Assembly: GCA_037382465.1 (NCBI GenBank)
Contig: JARRPX010000004.1
Location: 76,204 to 140,203, forward strand
DNA: 64,000 nt
Source of the DNA: Anaerolineales bacterium
GTDB taxonomy: Bacteria > Chloroflexota > Anaerolineae > Anaerolineales > E44-bin32
Direction: 5' to 3'
Below are positions 18,521 through 28,899 of this stretch, in pieces; within the stretch, counting starts at the first letter, position 1, and the number at the start of each line of letters is the position of its first letter. Under the pieces are notes generated by a model that had not been told where the DNA came from, searched no databases, and saw nothing but the letters and a program-made list of their open reading frames with translations. The translations under genes were made by a program, and so were the position numbers.

Positions 18521-19744
18521 TTATTCGGAACGCAGCGCCTCGACGGGTTGCAGATCGGCGGCGCGTTTTGCCGGATAGAGGCCGAAGAATACGCCGACGG
18601 CCGCCGAGAACAGCGTCGCCAGCAATATCGCATCCAGGCCCATGCTGGGGTTCAATTCGGCATCCGAAGCGGCTGCGATCGCACCGACGATTTGCGACAA
18701 TCCCCAACCCAGGCCGATGCCGATCAAGCCTCCCATCATGCTCAACAACGCCGATTCGGTGAGGAATTGAAACAGAATGTCGCGTTTGCGTGCACCGACC
18801 GCCTTGCGTAGGCCGATTTCCCGCGTGCGCTCCGTTACCGACACGAGCATGATGTTCATGATCCCGATCCCACCGACGAGCAGCGAGATCGCCGCGATCC
18901 CACCCAGGAAGACCGTAAGTACGTTGGTGATCTGTTCCGCCGTTTCGAGGAAATCCTGCTGCGTGAAAATAGTGAAATCGTCTTCGCCGATTGGCGTGCG
19001 GTGACGGGCGCGCAGTATGGCGGCGATTTCGTCGCTCGCCGTGGTGACATTCTCCGGACTGATCGCCTGGACCAGAATCATGTCCACCGCGTCTCGGTTC
19101 CTGCGCAGCAAGCGAACTTGTGCGGTGGACAACGGCACGATGATCTGATTGTCCTCGTTTGAAAACTCGGATCCACCCTTCGAAACGGTGACGCCAATGA
19201 CACGAAACGGCTGCCCTTCGACGCGTATGGTTTCACCGAGCACGCCCTGCCTTCGGCCGAACAATTCATCGGCGACGTCCGGGCCGATGACAGCCACGGC
19301 GGCCCGTCCGAGAAGATGCACTTCGCTGATGAACTCCCCTTCCGCGAGTTCAACGTTGCGCACACTTTGATAGTCCGGTGTGACGCCGTAGCCTGTGGTC
19401 AGATCTCCCTCCCCAGCGTAACTGACCTCGACCGTACCTTGAAGCACGGGAGCCACGCCGACCACGGAAGGAGCCACGAACGGATCGCGTATCGCTTCAG
19501 CATCCGCCAGGGTCAACGGCTTGGGATTGCGGATTTCCTGGGATCCGCCGCGCACAACGAAAAGCAAATTGGTCCCAATGCCGCTGATCGATCCCGTGAT
19601 CGTGTTTTGCGCGCCGGTGCCGATCGCCAGCATGGCAATCACCGCCCCGACGCCGATAACGATACCCAGTACCGTCAGGCCGGAGCGCAGCTTGTTGCTG
19701 GCGAGACTATCCAGCGCTTCGAGGACGTTGTTCCAGATGTCCAT
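18521..19744 (-). CDS. MacB/FtsX-family ABC transporter permease
   Basis: 407 aa. It has an N-terminal TM, a periplasmic MacB_PCD-like region and a C-terminal FtsX motif TERTREIGLRKAVGARKRDILFQFLTES. Confidence 0.85.
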   Translation of the reverse strand: MDIWNNVLEALDSLASNKLRSGLTVLGIVIGVGAVIAMLAIGTGAQNTITGSISGIGTNLLFVVRGGSQEIRNPKPLTLADAEAIRDPFVAPSVVGVAPVLQGTVEVSYAGEGDLTTGYGVTPDYQSVRNVELAEGEFISEVHLLGRAAVAVIGPDVADELFGRRQGVLGETIRVEGQPFRVIGVTVSKGGSEFSNEDNQIIVPLSTAQVRLLRRNRDAVDMILVQAISPENVTTASDEIAAILRARHRTPIGEDDFTIFTQQDFLETAEQITNVLTVFLGGIAAISLLVGGIGIMNIMLVSVTERTREIGLRKAVGARKRDILFQFLTESALLSMMGGLIGIGLGWGLSQIVGAIAAASDAELNPSMGLDAILLATLFSAAVGVFFGLYPAKRAADLQPVEALRSE

Positions 19745-19837
19745 CCCGATTCCTTACCGCCTTGCAACTGACCGCTCGTGACCCCGCATCGCAAAAATGT
19801 GTGGGAAATGTGCAGGGCCATCCGTGCGGTCACGCTA

Positions 19838-20521
19838 TCAACCCGGTTGACTTTCGACCAATCCATCCCGCAGCATGATCACGCGTTCTGTCCGTACCGC
19901 GATCTCGGGATCGTGAGTCACGAAAATCAGGGTCGTCGAGAATTTCTCGTTGAGATCGAGCAAGATGTCCATGATTTCCTCGCCCGACTTCGTATCCAGG
20001 TTGCCCGTGGGTTCGTCGGCCAGAATGATCGCCGGATTATTGACCAGTGCCCGGGCGATGGCCACCCGCTGCTGCTGGCCACCGGAAAGTTCGTTCGGCC
20101 GGTGGTGGATGCGGTCGCCCAGGCCGACGTCTTCCAGCGCCTGGATCGCACGTTTCCGCCTGCCGTTGGAAACGCCGGCGTAACGCATGGGCAGCTCGAC
20201 GTTCGTCAGTGCGGTCTGGCGTCCCAAAAGGTTGAAACTCTGGAAAACGAAACCTACTTTATGACTGCGGATTTCCGCCAATTCATCGTCACTCAAATCG
20301 GCGATCTCCTGCCCATCGAGCTTGTAACAGCCACTGCTCGGACGATCGAGGCACCCCAGGATGTTCATCAGCGTGCTTTTCCCCGAGCCGGAAGGTCCCA
20401 TGATGGCGATCACTTCTCCCGGCTTGACGCGCATCGACACGCCGCATAGTGCGTGTACTTCGAATTCGCCCATTCGATAGACTTTGGTCAGGTCTTCGGC
20501 TTCGATGACCCAATCCGTCAT
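19838..20521 (-). CDS. MacB/LolD-type ABC transporter ATP-binding protein
   Basis: Motifs [27 protein letters not shown] and [11 protein letters not shown] are present. Its start overlaps the adaptor gene stop by 1 nt. Confidence 0.9.
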   Translation of the reverse strand: MTDWVIEAEDLTKVYRMGEFEVHALCGVSMRVKPGEVIAIMGPSGSGKSTLMNILGCLDRPSSGCYKLDGQEIADLSDDELAEIRSHKVGFVFQSFNLLGRQTALTNVELPMRYAGVSNGRRKRAIQALEDVGLGDRIHHRPNELSGGQQQRVAIARALVNNPAIILADEPTGNLDTKSGEEIMDILLDLNEKFSTTLIFVTHDPEIAVRTERVIMLRDGLVESQPG

Positions 20522-21927
20522 TATCTGCCCCCCATGAACCCCGGTTGTCCACCGAAAAGCATATTTTCGGGCGGATTCAAAACCACGAGATCCCCTACCT
20601 TTAGTTCTCCATCGAGGACCTGGCTTTGCGTATCGGACGATACGCCAAGCTGGATGGTGACCGGCTTTAATTGCCCTCCCTCGAGGATGAAGACAGTGCG
20701 TTCGCCGTCGACCACTCGTACGGCTCGATTGGGTACAAGCAGCACGTCCTCGATCTGCTCGACGACGATGTTTACAGCGGCGGTCATCCCCGGCTTGATA
20801 CGCTCGTCTGCATCTTGCAGTTCGACGGTAACGTTGAAGCTCACGACGCCCTGCGTGATCACACCGCTGAGCCCGATCGCGGTGACCTCTCCGTGATACG
20901 TAAGGTCGAGGACGGCATCGAAATTCATGTTAACCGGTTGGCCGAGCGCAATTCGATTGATGTCCACCTCGGAAATTTCGACGTCCACCAACAGGTGTGA
21001 AAGATCCGCCAATCCAAAAGCGACCGTGCCCGGAGCAACTTGATCGCCGGGTTTTGCCTGCACCGAAGTGATCGTGCCCGAAAAAGGAGCCTCGATGCGG
21101 GCAGTCTTCAGCGTGGCCTCCGCGGCCGCCAAACGCGCTTTCGCCGCGGCGATGTCATCAGGATTGGGGCCGTCTTTCACGCGCTCCCACTCTCGCATGG
21201 CATCCGCGACCTGCGCTTCCGCCACTGCCACATCGGCATCCAGCAACGCTTGTTCGGTTTCCGAAGGATGTCCCGTGTACCAATTGAGCTCACGTTGGAT
21301 CGAGTCGCGTTTCTTGCGCGCTGCGATGAGGTTGGACAGCGCCAGAGCCCTGCCCGGATCGTCATTCGGACGATTCTCCACCCGATCGTATGCAGCCTGG
21401 GCACGGTCGACGTCCTGCTGCGCGAGCACCAGGTTGGCGCGCGCTGCAGCCAGCGTGTCGCTGCTCGCCCGATAACCTTCCTGCCGCACGGTGCGCAGGT
21501 ACTCAGCATTTTCGAGTGCATCTTGCGCCTGGGCGAGGGCCAACTGCGCTGCGGCCTGCGTTTGCGAGGACTCCAGAAGATCTTCCAGGGCTCGCTGTGC
21601 GGCGACGTAATCGGCCTGCGCAAGGATCACCGCTGCGGGCAGCGATGTCTGTTGAATTTCGGATAGCACATCCCCGTGCTTGACCTTGTCCCCCAGTTCC
21701 ACTTCGACGCCGTCTACGATGCCGCTGGATTGAAAAGTAAGCACTGCGGATTGGTTCGCCCGTACCGTTCCCGTCGCACCGACCGATGCCGTTAGCGATC
21801 CTCGGGTCAACTTTTCGGTCTGCAGAGAACCCAATGAAGCTTGATTCGATTGCGCGCAAGATCGCAGTGCAAGAAAACCCGCAATAATGACAACAACCAC
21901 TGCGATCGCGATATATCGTCGTTTCAT
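20521..21927 (-). CDS. HlyD/MacA-family periplasmic adaptor (efflux membrane fusion protein)
   Basis: It has a long coiled-coil (AQADYVAAQRALEDL...AAAKARLAAAEATLK) flanked by beta-barrel motifs. I prefer the ATG at 21927 (MKRRYIAIAVVVVIIAGF, after AAGGA) to the track start at 22044. Confidence 0.85.
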   Translation of the reverse strand: MKRRYIAIAVVVVIIAGFLALRSCAQSNQASLGSLQTEKLTRGSLTASVGATGTVRANQSAVLTFQSSGIVDGVEVELGDKVKHGDVLSEIQQTSLPAAVILAQADYVAAQRALEDLLESSQTQAAAQLALAQAQDALENAEYLRTVRQEGYRASSDTLAAARANLVLAQQDVDRAQAAYDRVENRPNDDPGRALALSNLIAARKKRDSIQRELNWYTGHPSETEQALLDADVAVAEAQVADAMREWERVKDGPNPDDIAAAKARLAAAEATLKTARIEAPFSGTITSVQAKPGDQVAPGTVAFGLADLSHLLVDVEISEVDINRIALGQPVNMNFDAVLDLTYHGEVTAIGLSGVITQGVVSFNVTVELQDADERIKPGMTAAVNIVVEQIEDVLLVPNRAVRVVDGERTVFILEGGQLKPVTIQLGVSSDTQSQVLDGELKVGDLVVLNPPENMLFGGQPGFMGGR

Positions 21928-22087
21928 ATTTCTACATCCTTCCAGTTGCTTCTCTGCCTTTATCGTACGGTGAATAAGATTTGCGATCCCCAGGGCAATA
22001 AGGTAAACGCCTGGGGATCCTCGGTTTTCCGAGCCGAACAGCACAACAAATTGTATTTTACCCTATGATGATAGGTATATTTTCGGT

Positions 22088-22103
22088 TGTGACAACCATC
22101 ACG
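22088..22103. promoter_or_regulatory. CRP/FNR-family-like binding site TGTGA-N6-TCACG
   Basis: TGTGACAACCATCACG matches TGTGA-N6-TCACA at 9 of 10 arm positions. It lies about 80 bp upstream of the gltD-like start, in the divergent region shared with the efflux operon. Confidence 0.35.
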
Positions 22104-22182
22104 AATAAGGATGACATTCACGACTGATATAGGACCACTTGGGTCTGTATCATCTTATGTATGGATTCGCGGAGGGTTACAA

Positions 22183-23622
22183 ATGCCGGAAATATCCAGT
22201 GATGAACTAGCTCTCGACCGCAGAGCTCGCATGAAATTGCCTTTCGAGGACGTTGAAGCACGCCCAGCCAAGGTTCGCATCCTCGATTTTGAGCCCACGT
22301 TCAAACCGCTGACCGCAGAGCAAGCGCGTCGCGCTGCAGAAAGATGCATCCATTGCCCAGATCCCGCCCCTTGTCACAAAGCATGCGTTCTGCATAACGA
22401 CATCCCCTCCGCAATGTGGTTAATCGAGCAAGGCGACTTCATCGGCGCAGCCGAAATCTACCGCCGTACCAGTTCCATGCCCGAAATCTGCGGCAGGGTT
22501 TGCCCGCACGAGTCGTTCTGCGAGGGCGCATGTCCGCGCAACAAGCGCGGCGAGCCTGTCCTGACCGGGGCGTTGGAAGCTTTCGTCGCAGACTATCAAC
22601 GCGAGCACGGTAAAGTTGAAATCCCAGTCGGTTCGCCCAGCGGCAAAAAGGTCGCCATCGTCGGCTCCGGACCATCGGGCCTCGCCTGTGCGGAGCAACT
22701 GGTCCAAAAAGGACACGCCGTAACAATTTTCGATGCCATGCCTGCGTTCGGCGGTCTATTAATGTACGGAATTCCCAATTTTAAACTCGACAAGCACGTC
22801 GTCCAGGCGCGGATCGACGATCTGCGAGACGCCGGTGTCTCCTTCGTGAACAACACCCGCATCGGCGAGGATCAAAAGATCGATGATCTCATGAAACAAG
22901 GTTTCGACGCCGTCTTCATCGGGGTCGGTTCCCTGATTGATGCCAAGATGGATGCACCCGGAGAGGATTTACCCGGCGTGTACAAAGCCACGGATTTTCT
23001 CATGCGCGCCAACGTCGATCCGAAGCTGCTTCCGGAATCGGAGCGCAGCAAACCCGAAATCGGACATCGGGTCGTCGTCATCGGCGGCGGCGACACGGCC
23101 TCCGACTGCCTGCGCACTGCGATCCGGCTTGGGGCGGAAGAGGTAACCTGTCTGTACCGGCGCACGGAAGCCGAGATGCCGGGCGGTGAGAAAGATCGTC
23201 ACCTGGCGAAAGAAGAGGGCGCCCAATATCGTTTCCTTACCCAGCCGGTGCGTTACATCGCCGGACCAGACGGGAGCGTGAGCGCCGTTGAGTGTCTGCA
23301 ATGCGAATTGGGCGAGCCCGATAAAAGCGGCCGCCGTCGGCCCATCCCCATCGAGGGTTCGAATTTTACCGTAGAGGCGGACACCGTGATCCTGGCGATC
23401 GGTTACTGGCCCGATCCCCTCATTGGAGAGACGACGGACAAACTGGAGACCAGCAAGTATGGTCTCGTCATCGCCGATGATGAAACAGGCGCCACGTCTC
23501 GAAAGGGCATTTTCGCCGGCGGCGATGCAGTCAGCGGACCCGACCTGGTCGTTACGGCCGTCGCCTCGGGCCGGCGTGCTGCGGCAGGCATCAACGAATA
23601 CCTGCTCGAAACCAGCGCATAA
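22183..23622 (+). CDS. Fe-S/FAD NAD(P)H oxidoreductase of the glutamate synthase small-subunit (GltD) family
   Basis: Cys clusters are CIHCPDPAPCHKAC and CGRVCPHESFCEGAC. Dinucleotide-binding motifs are VAIVGSGPSGLACA and VVVIGGGDTASDC. The start at 22183 follows GGAGGG. Confidence 0.8.
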   Translation: MPEISSDELALDRRARMKLPFEDVEARPAKVRILDFEPTFKPLTAEQARRAAERCIHCPDPAPCHKACVLHNDIPSAMWLIEQGDFIGAAEIYRRTSSMPEICGRVCPHESFCEGACPRNKRGEPVLTGALEAFVADYQREHGKVEIPVGSPSGKKVAIVGSGPSGLACAEQLVQKGHAVTIFDAMPAFGGLLMYGIPNFKLDKHVVQARIDDLRDAGVSFVNNTRIGEDQKIDDLMKQGFDAVFIGVGSLIDAKMDAPGEDLPGVYKATDFLMRANVDPKLLPESERSKPEIGHRVVVIGGGDTASDCLRTAIRLGAEEVTCLYRRTEAEMPGGEKDRHLAKEEGAQYRFLTQPVRYIAGPDGSVSAVECLQCELGEPDKSGRRRPIPIEGSNFTVEADTVILAIGYWPDPLIGETTDKLETSKYGLVIADDETGATSRKGIFAGGDAVSGPDLVVTAVASGRRAAAGINEYLLETSA

Positions 23623-23784
23623 TCCATCTTTCCGATTCCATGTTACGTCAGGAGACGCGGCCAGGCCCGCGTCCCCAATCGATTTTAAAAGGGCGCATCT
23701 GCTGTACTCGAGTGGAAAGACGGCCCGCGCCTCGATTTAAGCGAAGACCGGTATAATCAGGTCAGCGCTCCTCCAAGGGAAGAA

Positions 23785-24969
23785 TTGGAAACCATGCACG
23801 AGGCCCCAGCGAAGGCGTTAGCCATAGAAATAAAAGACGAAGCAAGACGTGTCGGCTTTTCGCTTGTGGGTATCACGTCGCCCGATCCGCCTGCCCATCT
23901 CGAGGTCTATCGAGCGTGGCTTTCCGAAGGGCATCATGCGGGCATGGCCTACATGAACCGCGAAGACGCCCGCCAACACCGCGCCGATCCCCGCTCGATC
24001 CTGCCGGAATGCCGGGCGATCATCGTCCTCGCAGCGAACTACCTCCCCGGAAACACGGCTCGAGATCGAATGGCCTCTCACCTCCAGATTGCATCCTACG
24101 CCCTCGGCGACGATTACCACATCGTGCTGCCCGAGCGGATGCGCCGGCTCGTCGAATTCGTTCAGGAGCGGCTGGGAAGAGACGTGCGGCATAAGATCTA
24201 CACCGACACCGGGCCGCTGCTCGAGCGCGAGCTCGCACAACGAGCGGGCTTGGGTTGGATCGGAAAGAATTCGTGCCTGATCCACCCACGACTCGGTTCC
24301 TACTTCGTCCTGGGCGAAATCTTGCTCGACGTCCCCCTCCCTATCGACGCGCCGTACGCATACGATCGCTGTGGTACGTGCTCCCGCTGCATCGACGCCT
24401 GTCCGACCCAATGCATCCTGCCCGACCGCACCCTGGACAGCCGCAAATGCATAGCATACTGGACCATCGAAGCCAGGGATGCCATCGCGCTCGACGTCCG
24501 TTCGCAGATCGGGGACTGGTTGTTTGGCTGTGACGTCTGCCAGCAAGTATGTCCCTTCAATATAACGTTCGCCAGGCCGAGCGAGGATCCCGCGTTCCAG
24601 ATTCGCGAATCCCTCGCCGGCGCGACGCTCGAGCAATTCCTGCAATTACTACCGCACGGCTGGCGCCGCAGATTTAAGGAAAGCCCGCTGCTGCGCGCCA
24701 GACGGCGCGGTCTGGTGCGCAACGCAGCCGTCGTGGCGGGCAACGCCGAAGCTCCGGCATTTGTCCCCCAGTTGACGGTTCTCCTCCAGCAAGACCCGGA
24801 ACCGCTCGTGCGATCGCATGCGGCGTGGGCGCTTGGCCGCATTCGTTCTCCGCAAGCCCTGTCCGTACTCCGAGCGGCGCATTCGGGCGAGAAATCACCC
24901 GAGGTGATCGAAGCCATCGAGGCGGCGCTGCGAGATTCCTGGCCGTTTACACTCGATTCGAGAAAATAG
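23785..24969 (+). CDS. queG: tRNA epoxyqueuosine(34) reductase with C-terminal HEAT-like repeats
   Basis: Conserved features are GLGWIGKNSCLIHPRLGSYFVLGEIL, the ferredoxin motifs CGTCSRCIDACPT and CDVCQQVCPFN, and C-terminal VRSHAAWALGRI repeats. An alternative start is the ATG at 23794. Confidence 0.9.
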   Translation: METMHEAPAKALAIEIKDEARRVGFSLVGITSPDPPAHLEVYRAWLSEGHHAGMAYMNREDARQHRADPRSILPECRAIIVLAANYLPGNTARDRMASHLQIASYALGDDYHIVLPERMRRLVEFVQERLGRDVRHKIYTDTGPLLERELAQRAGLGWIGKNSCLIHPRLGSYFVLGEILLDVPLPIDAPYAYDRCGTCSRCIDACPTQCILPDRTLDSRKCIAYWTIEARDAIALDVRSQIGDWLFGCDVCQQVCPFNITFARPSEDPAFQIRESLAGATLEQFLQLLPHGWRRRFKESPLLRARRRGLVRNAAVVAGNAEAPAFVPQLTVLLQQDPEPLVRSHAAWALGRIRSPQALSVLRAAHSGEKSPEVIEAIEAALRDSWPFTLDSRK

Positions 24970-25152
24970 GAAAGAGAACTTCCACAAAGAGCTGCACCCA
25001 GATCCAATATCGCCCCGCAACCAACCTAAAACCTCGCTGGTGCCGGATATATATCCGGTGCCGGTATCTGGCGCATTTTTTCCGCCGCCGTGAAATGTTG
25101 GGTTTCGGTTCCCTCAACCCAACCTACGAGTTAGACCCGGCGGGTTTCAATT

Positions 25153-25190
25153 GGGGCTGCCCTTTTGGGACAGCCCCGTTGTTATTTTTA
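25153..25190 (+). terminator. rho-independent terminator after queG
   Basis: GGGGCTGCCC-TTTT-GGGACAGCCCC, with one bulge, followed by GTTGTTATTTTTA. Confidence 0.6.
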
Positions 25191-25212
25191 CTCTATGGAT
25201 TTGATATCGCGG

Positions 25213-25914
25213 CTAGCTCGGCGTAGCGGAAGGCGTACCCGGGGCCGGAGACAGCGTTGGCGTCGGTGTGGCGATGTTGACCGGGACGAGGATGATCTGA
25301 CCGACGCCGATGTCGTTCGGGTCTTCGATGTCATTGGCTTCGGCGATCGCTTCCGCCGTGCTGTTGAACTGTGCGGCGATCGACTCAAGCGTGTCGTTCG
25401 GTTGGACGCGGTATTCGATTTTTTGTCCGGGCAGCAGATTCTCCGGCAGGGGTGTGTTCGTCGGCAAGACGTCTTCCGCGCCGGGGATGATCAAAACCTG
25501 TCCTACGAATATCGCATCCGGATCGTCGATGTTGTTCACGGCCATCAAGAGCGAGATTCCATCCAATCCGAACTGTTCGGCGATCGTCCAGAGCGAGTCC
25601 CCAAGCTCGACCGTGTAACTCAACGGGCCCGTGGGGGTCGGCGTATCCGAAGGCGGCAGGGTGAGGGTAATCGTAGGCGTGTCGGTTGCCGGCAAGGGGG
25701 TTGAGGTTTCCGTGGGTGTCGGTGTCTTGCTGGCAAGAAATCCGGGCAGCGCCGGTGGGTTATCACCCGTCAGCCACAGCACGACCATGAAGACTCCCAC
25801 AACGAGGAGCACCACCGCCATCCCCCCCAGGATGAGCGGCACCAAACGCTCTCGACGCCGCCTGTAGGCCATAATTACGTCCGCGACATCTGGTTCCGGT
25901 TCAGGCATGTCCAA
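25213..25914 (-). CDS. membrane-anchored protein with two LysM domains
   Basis: One TM helix (LVPLILGGMAVVLLVVGVFMVVLWL) is followed by a PT-rich linker. Two LysM repeats follow (YTVELGDSLWTIAEQFG...; YRVQPNDTLESIAAQFN...). Confidence 0.8.
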   Translation of the reverse strand: MDMPEPEPDVADVIMAYRRRRERLVPLILGGMAVVLLVVGVFMVVLWLTGDNPPALPGFLASKTPTPTETSTPLPATDTPTITLTLPPSDTPTPTGPLSYTVELGDSLWTIAEQFGLDGISLLMAVNNIDDPDAIFVGQVLIIPGAEDVLPTNTPLPENLLPGQKIEYRVQPNDTLESIAAQFNSTAEAIAEANDIEDPNDIGVGQIILVPVNIATPTPTLSPAPGTPSATPS

Positions 25915-26016
25915 TCACTCCCCTCCAGTGTGGAGCGCAACCACAACTCCTTCGGCGCGTTTCATTGTACCTGAATTCAAGTCATCTGGGCGGTTAAATG
26001 TTAGGAATATCTAACT

Positions 26017-27000
26017 TTAGTTTTGCCACTTATCGGCCAGGAAATCGAGCATGTCGTCAAAAACCAGAATCCAGCCTTCGTGATCGTGCCCACCCTGTGA
26101 GGATATATAGGTGTGAGGAATCCCCTGCTGTTCGAGCAGCGCAACCAGCTTCTCCGTCGCCTGGCGGAAGGAGGGCTCGCCTTTCCCGGCGCTGAGAAAA
26201 ATCGCCGCGGGCAGCGGGCGATCGTCTCCGGCGAGCAAGAGGGGATCGTACGCCGGACGGGCATAATTGACGTTCAACGCCGGACTCAAGGCTATCACGG
26301 TATCGAAAACATCCGGGTGGCGGAATGCAATCTCCAAGGCCCAAACCCCACCCCGCGAGACGCCCGCCAGCGCACGCATCTGTGGTCGGGTATCGATGGG
26401 ATAATTCTGTTCGATTGCCGGAAGCAAATCGTCGATGAACTCGGCTTCGTAGGAACCGGGACCACCATCGCTGCTCGTGAACAGTGGCTCCGGTGCACGC
26501 GGCATGACCATCAGAATCCCCGGAAGAAAGTTCGTGGCGATGGCACGATCCACCCACTCGGTAAACCCCAGGTCATACCAATGAGTCTCGTCGAAAGGAA
26601 AACCATGCAGCAGGTAAAGTACGGGATACGGCCGGCTTTCATCGGGGTAACAGGGCGGCAGATAAATCAGATAAGGCACCTGCTCTCTCAACAGGCTGCT
26701 CGTGTATTCTCCTTGTTCCAGATGGCCTTGCAGTTCCGGGCAAGCAGCCGTGGGGCTCAACGTGGGCGTGAGGCTTGGCGCCGGAGTCTTCGTCGGCGGG
26801 AGGGTGCGGGTGGCGGCCGGCGCTTTCGTCGCTTCTGTCGTCGGAGAGACGTCCACGCTTCCAGCGCCAGGACCACAGCTCACGCCCCCCAACACCAGGA
26901 TGAGACAGCCCAGCAAAGTGCGTTTTAGCCCTCGTGGATCAATGCGCAGAACGGAATCCGTGTCGTCAGCCTGCATGGTGTTGTGACGGTCCTTCCTCAT
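26017..27000 (-). CDS. secreted alpha/beta hydrolase (putative esterase family)
   Basis: Features are the lipobox-like LGGVSCG, a PT-rich linker, YPVLYLLHG, and the nucleophile-elbow-like GVSRGG. The start is ambiguous (TTG 27012, ATG 27000 or ATG 26976). Confidence 0.7.
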   Translation of the reverse strand: MRKDRHNTMQADDTDSVLRIDPRGLKRTLLGCLILVLGGVSCGPGAGSVDVSPTTEATKAPAATRTLPPTKTPAPSLTPTLSPTAACPELQGHLEQGEYTSSLLREQVPYLIYLPPCYPDESRPYPVLYLLHGFPFDETHWYDLGFTEWVDRAIATNFLPGILMVMPRAPEPLFTSSDGGPGSYEAEFIDDLLPAIEQNYPIDTRPQMRALAGVSRGGVWALEIAFRHPDVFDTVIALSPALNVNYARPAYDPLLLAGDDRPLPAAIFLSAGKGEPSFRQATEKLVALLEQQGIPHTYISSQGGHDHEGWILVFDDMLDFLADKWQN

Positions 27001-27133
27001 CGTGAATCCCAATCATACCGCAATTAACGATGACAAGCCCGCAGGAGCGATGTCCCGGCCTTTCCGTTCCATCCGATCCACGTTACAGCCGGACATCCGA
27101 CAAATCAGACTCGATCGGGTTATAATCGTCCCC

Positions 27134-28483
27134 ATGAAGTATCACATTTGGACCGCCGGCTGCCAGATGAACGTCGCCGATTCTCAGCGCGTGGCTTCCG
27201 CCCTTGAACGCCTGGGCTACATCGCATCCGCAGACATCGAGCAGGCGGACGTCATCGTGCTGAACACCTGCGTCGTGCGTCAGAGCGCCGAAGACAAAGC
27301 CTACGGCCGGCTCCAGTCACTGAAGCCGTTGAAAGCACGCAACCCCGATTTGGTCATCAACCTCATGGGCTGCCTGGTCGGCGTGAAGGACAATCCCAAG
27401 CTGCGGAAGGTCTTTCCCCACGTCGACGTATTTTCACCCCCTTCCGACCCGAGCCCGCTGATCGAGCATCTGCTGCTGAAGGACGCCCACGACGTGGACC
27501 GGGCGGAGACGAATCGCCGCCACGCCATCATGGACGGCGAACTCCAACTGCCCCTCGCCCAACGCGGGAAAACCGTCTCGGCTTTCATTCCCGTGGTGTA
27601 TGGCTGCTCCCACGCCTGTTCGTTTTGCGTCATACCTTACCGCCGCGGTGTGGAACGCAGCCGGCCGCTCGCCGAGGTCGTCGCCGAACTAAGTGCACTC
27701 ACCGCGCAGGGCGTTCGTGAAGTCACCTTGCTGGGGCAGATCGTCGACCGCTACGGGAAAGATTTAGACAGCGGGGAAACGCTGAGCAGTCTGCTGCGAG
27801 CCGTGCATGCCGTCGAGGACATCCAACGCGTCCGTTTCCTGACCTCCCACCCCAATTGGATGAACGCCGAATTACTGGACACCGTAGCCGAGCTTCCCAA
27901 AGTGTGCGAGCACATCGAAGTTCCCGTGCAAGCCGGTGACGATGACGTTCTGCGCCAGATGAAGCGCGGTTACAGTGTGGACGAGTCCCGGCGCTTGATC
28001 GAGCGCATCCGCAAGCGCGTACCGGACGCATCCATCGCCACCGACATCATCGTCGGCTTCCCGGGTGAAACGGAGGCACAGTTCCAGTGCACCTACGACC
28101 TGCTCGAGGAGCTGCGTTTGGACGTCGCCCATCTGGCGCGCTATTCGCCGCGGCCGGACACCGTCTCCGCAAGGCGCATGCCGGACGATGTGCCCGAGGA
28201 AGAGAAAATGCGCCGTTTCCGGGCCTTGGAGGCCTTGCAGGCCGACATCGCCGCGGAAATCAACGCCGGCTACCGGGATCGAACTGTCGAGGTGCTGGTC
28301 GAAGAAAAGCATCGCGGCCGTTGGAAAGGCCGCACGCGCACCAACAAACTGGTGTTCTTCGACTCCGAAGCGGACCTGCTGGGCAAACTGGTGCCGGTAC
28401 GCGTCGAGTGGAGCGGTCCCTGGTCGCTGATCGCCTCTCCTGTCGACATTGCCCAGGTCCACGCGGATCTCCCTACACCGTAA
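27134..28483 (+). CDS. miaB: tRNA (N6-isopentenyl adenosine(37)-C2)-methylthiotransferase
   Basis: Features are MKYHIWTAGCQMNVADS, the radical-SAM CSHACSFCVIPYRRG motif and a C-terminal TRAM domain. The start at 27134 is preferred over the 44-aa upstream extension. Confidence 0.93.
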   Translation: MKYHIWTAGCQMNVADSQRVASALERLGYIASADIEQADVIVLNTCVVRQSAEDKAYGRLQSLKPLKARNPDLVINLMGCLVGVKDNPKLRKVFPHVDVFSPPSDPSPLIEHLLLKDAHDVDRAETNRRHAIMDGELQLPLAQRGKTVSAFIPVVYGCSHACSFCVIPYRRGVERSRPLAEVVAELSALTAQGVREVTLLGQIVDRYGKDLDSGETLSSLLRAVHAVEDIQRVRFLTSHPNWMNAELLDTVAELPKVCEHIEVPVQAGDDDVLRQMKRGYSVDESRRLIERIRKRVPDASIATDIIVGFPGETEAQFQCTYDLLEELRLDVAHLARYSPRPDTVSARRMPDDVPEEEKMRRFRALEALQADIAAEINAGYRDRTVEVLVEEKHRGRWKGRTRTNKLVFFDSEADLLGKLVPVRVEWSGPWSLIASPVDIAQVHADLPTP

Positions 28484-28899
28484 TCTGTCAATCCTCCTGC
28501 GGTTCGGCTCTAATTCCGCCCGCAGCATCCCTGTGCAAGCGTTCACGTTGAACTTTGTGAAAAAAGGCGCGAGAATATTTCGGACGCCTCCCGCCGGGTA
28601 GTTGCGGTGTTGTACGATCTCTCGACATGCTCGAATCTCTCGCAGCCATGGGCATACGTCTGCAAATCTGCGATTTCTAGCCGGTATCAAACTGAATTCA
28701 ATACCACATAACGCACTCGCGCATGCTTGTGTACATGTCACAAAACGACTTCCCGAACCGTTTCAGGAGTATGAAATTGATGGACCGAGGGGAACTTCGA
28801 CGCCAGCTTTGCAGTTGAAGCCACATCGAACCTGGTTGTTCATATCGATACCCACTCCAATCTGGGATTTGTGGGGTTTTTGATAGGAGAACGAGAATT

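Noticed and set aside
18521-21927. The HlyD, ABC ATPase and FtsX-permease operon as a novel secretion system.
   Set aside because: The architecture and motifs are those of the widespread MacAB/DevCA-type tripartite efflux family. Nothing unusual was seen apart from the start-site correction.
22111-22182. N-terminal extensions suggested by the ORF track for the gltD-like gene (22111), miaB (27002), the metallophosphoesterase (3577), the HlyD-family gene (22044) and the protease (63036).
   Set aside because: In each case an internal ATG with a better SD yields the canonical family N-terminus or signal peptide. The extensions have no conserved features.
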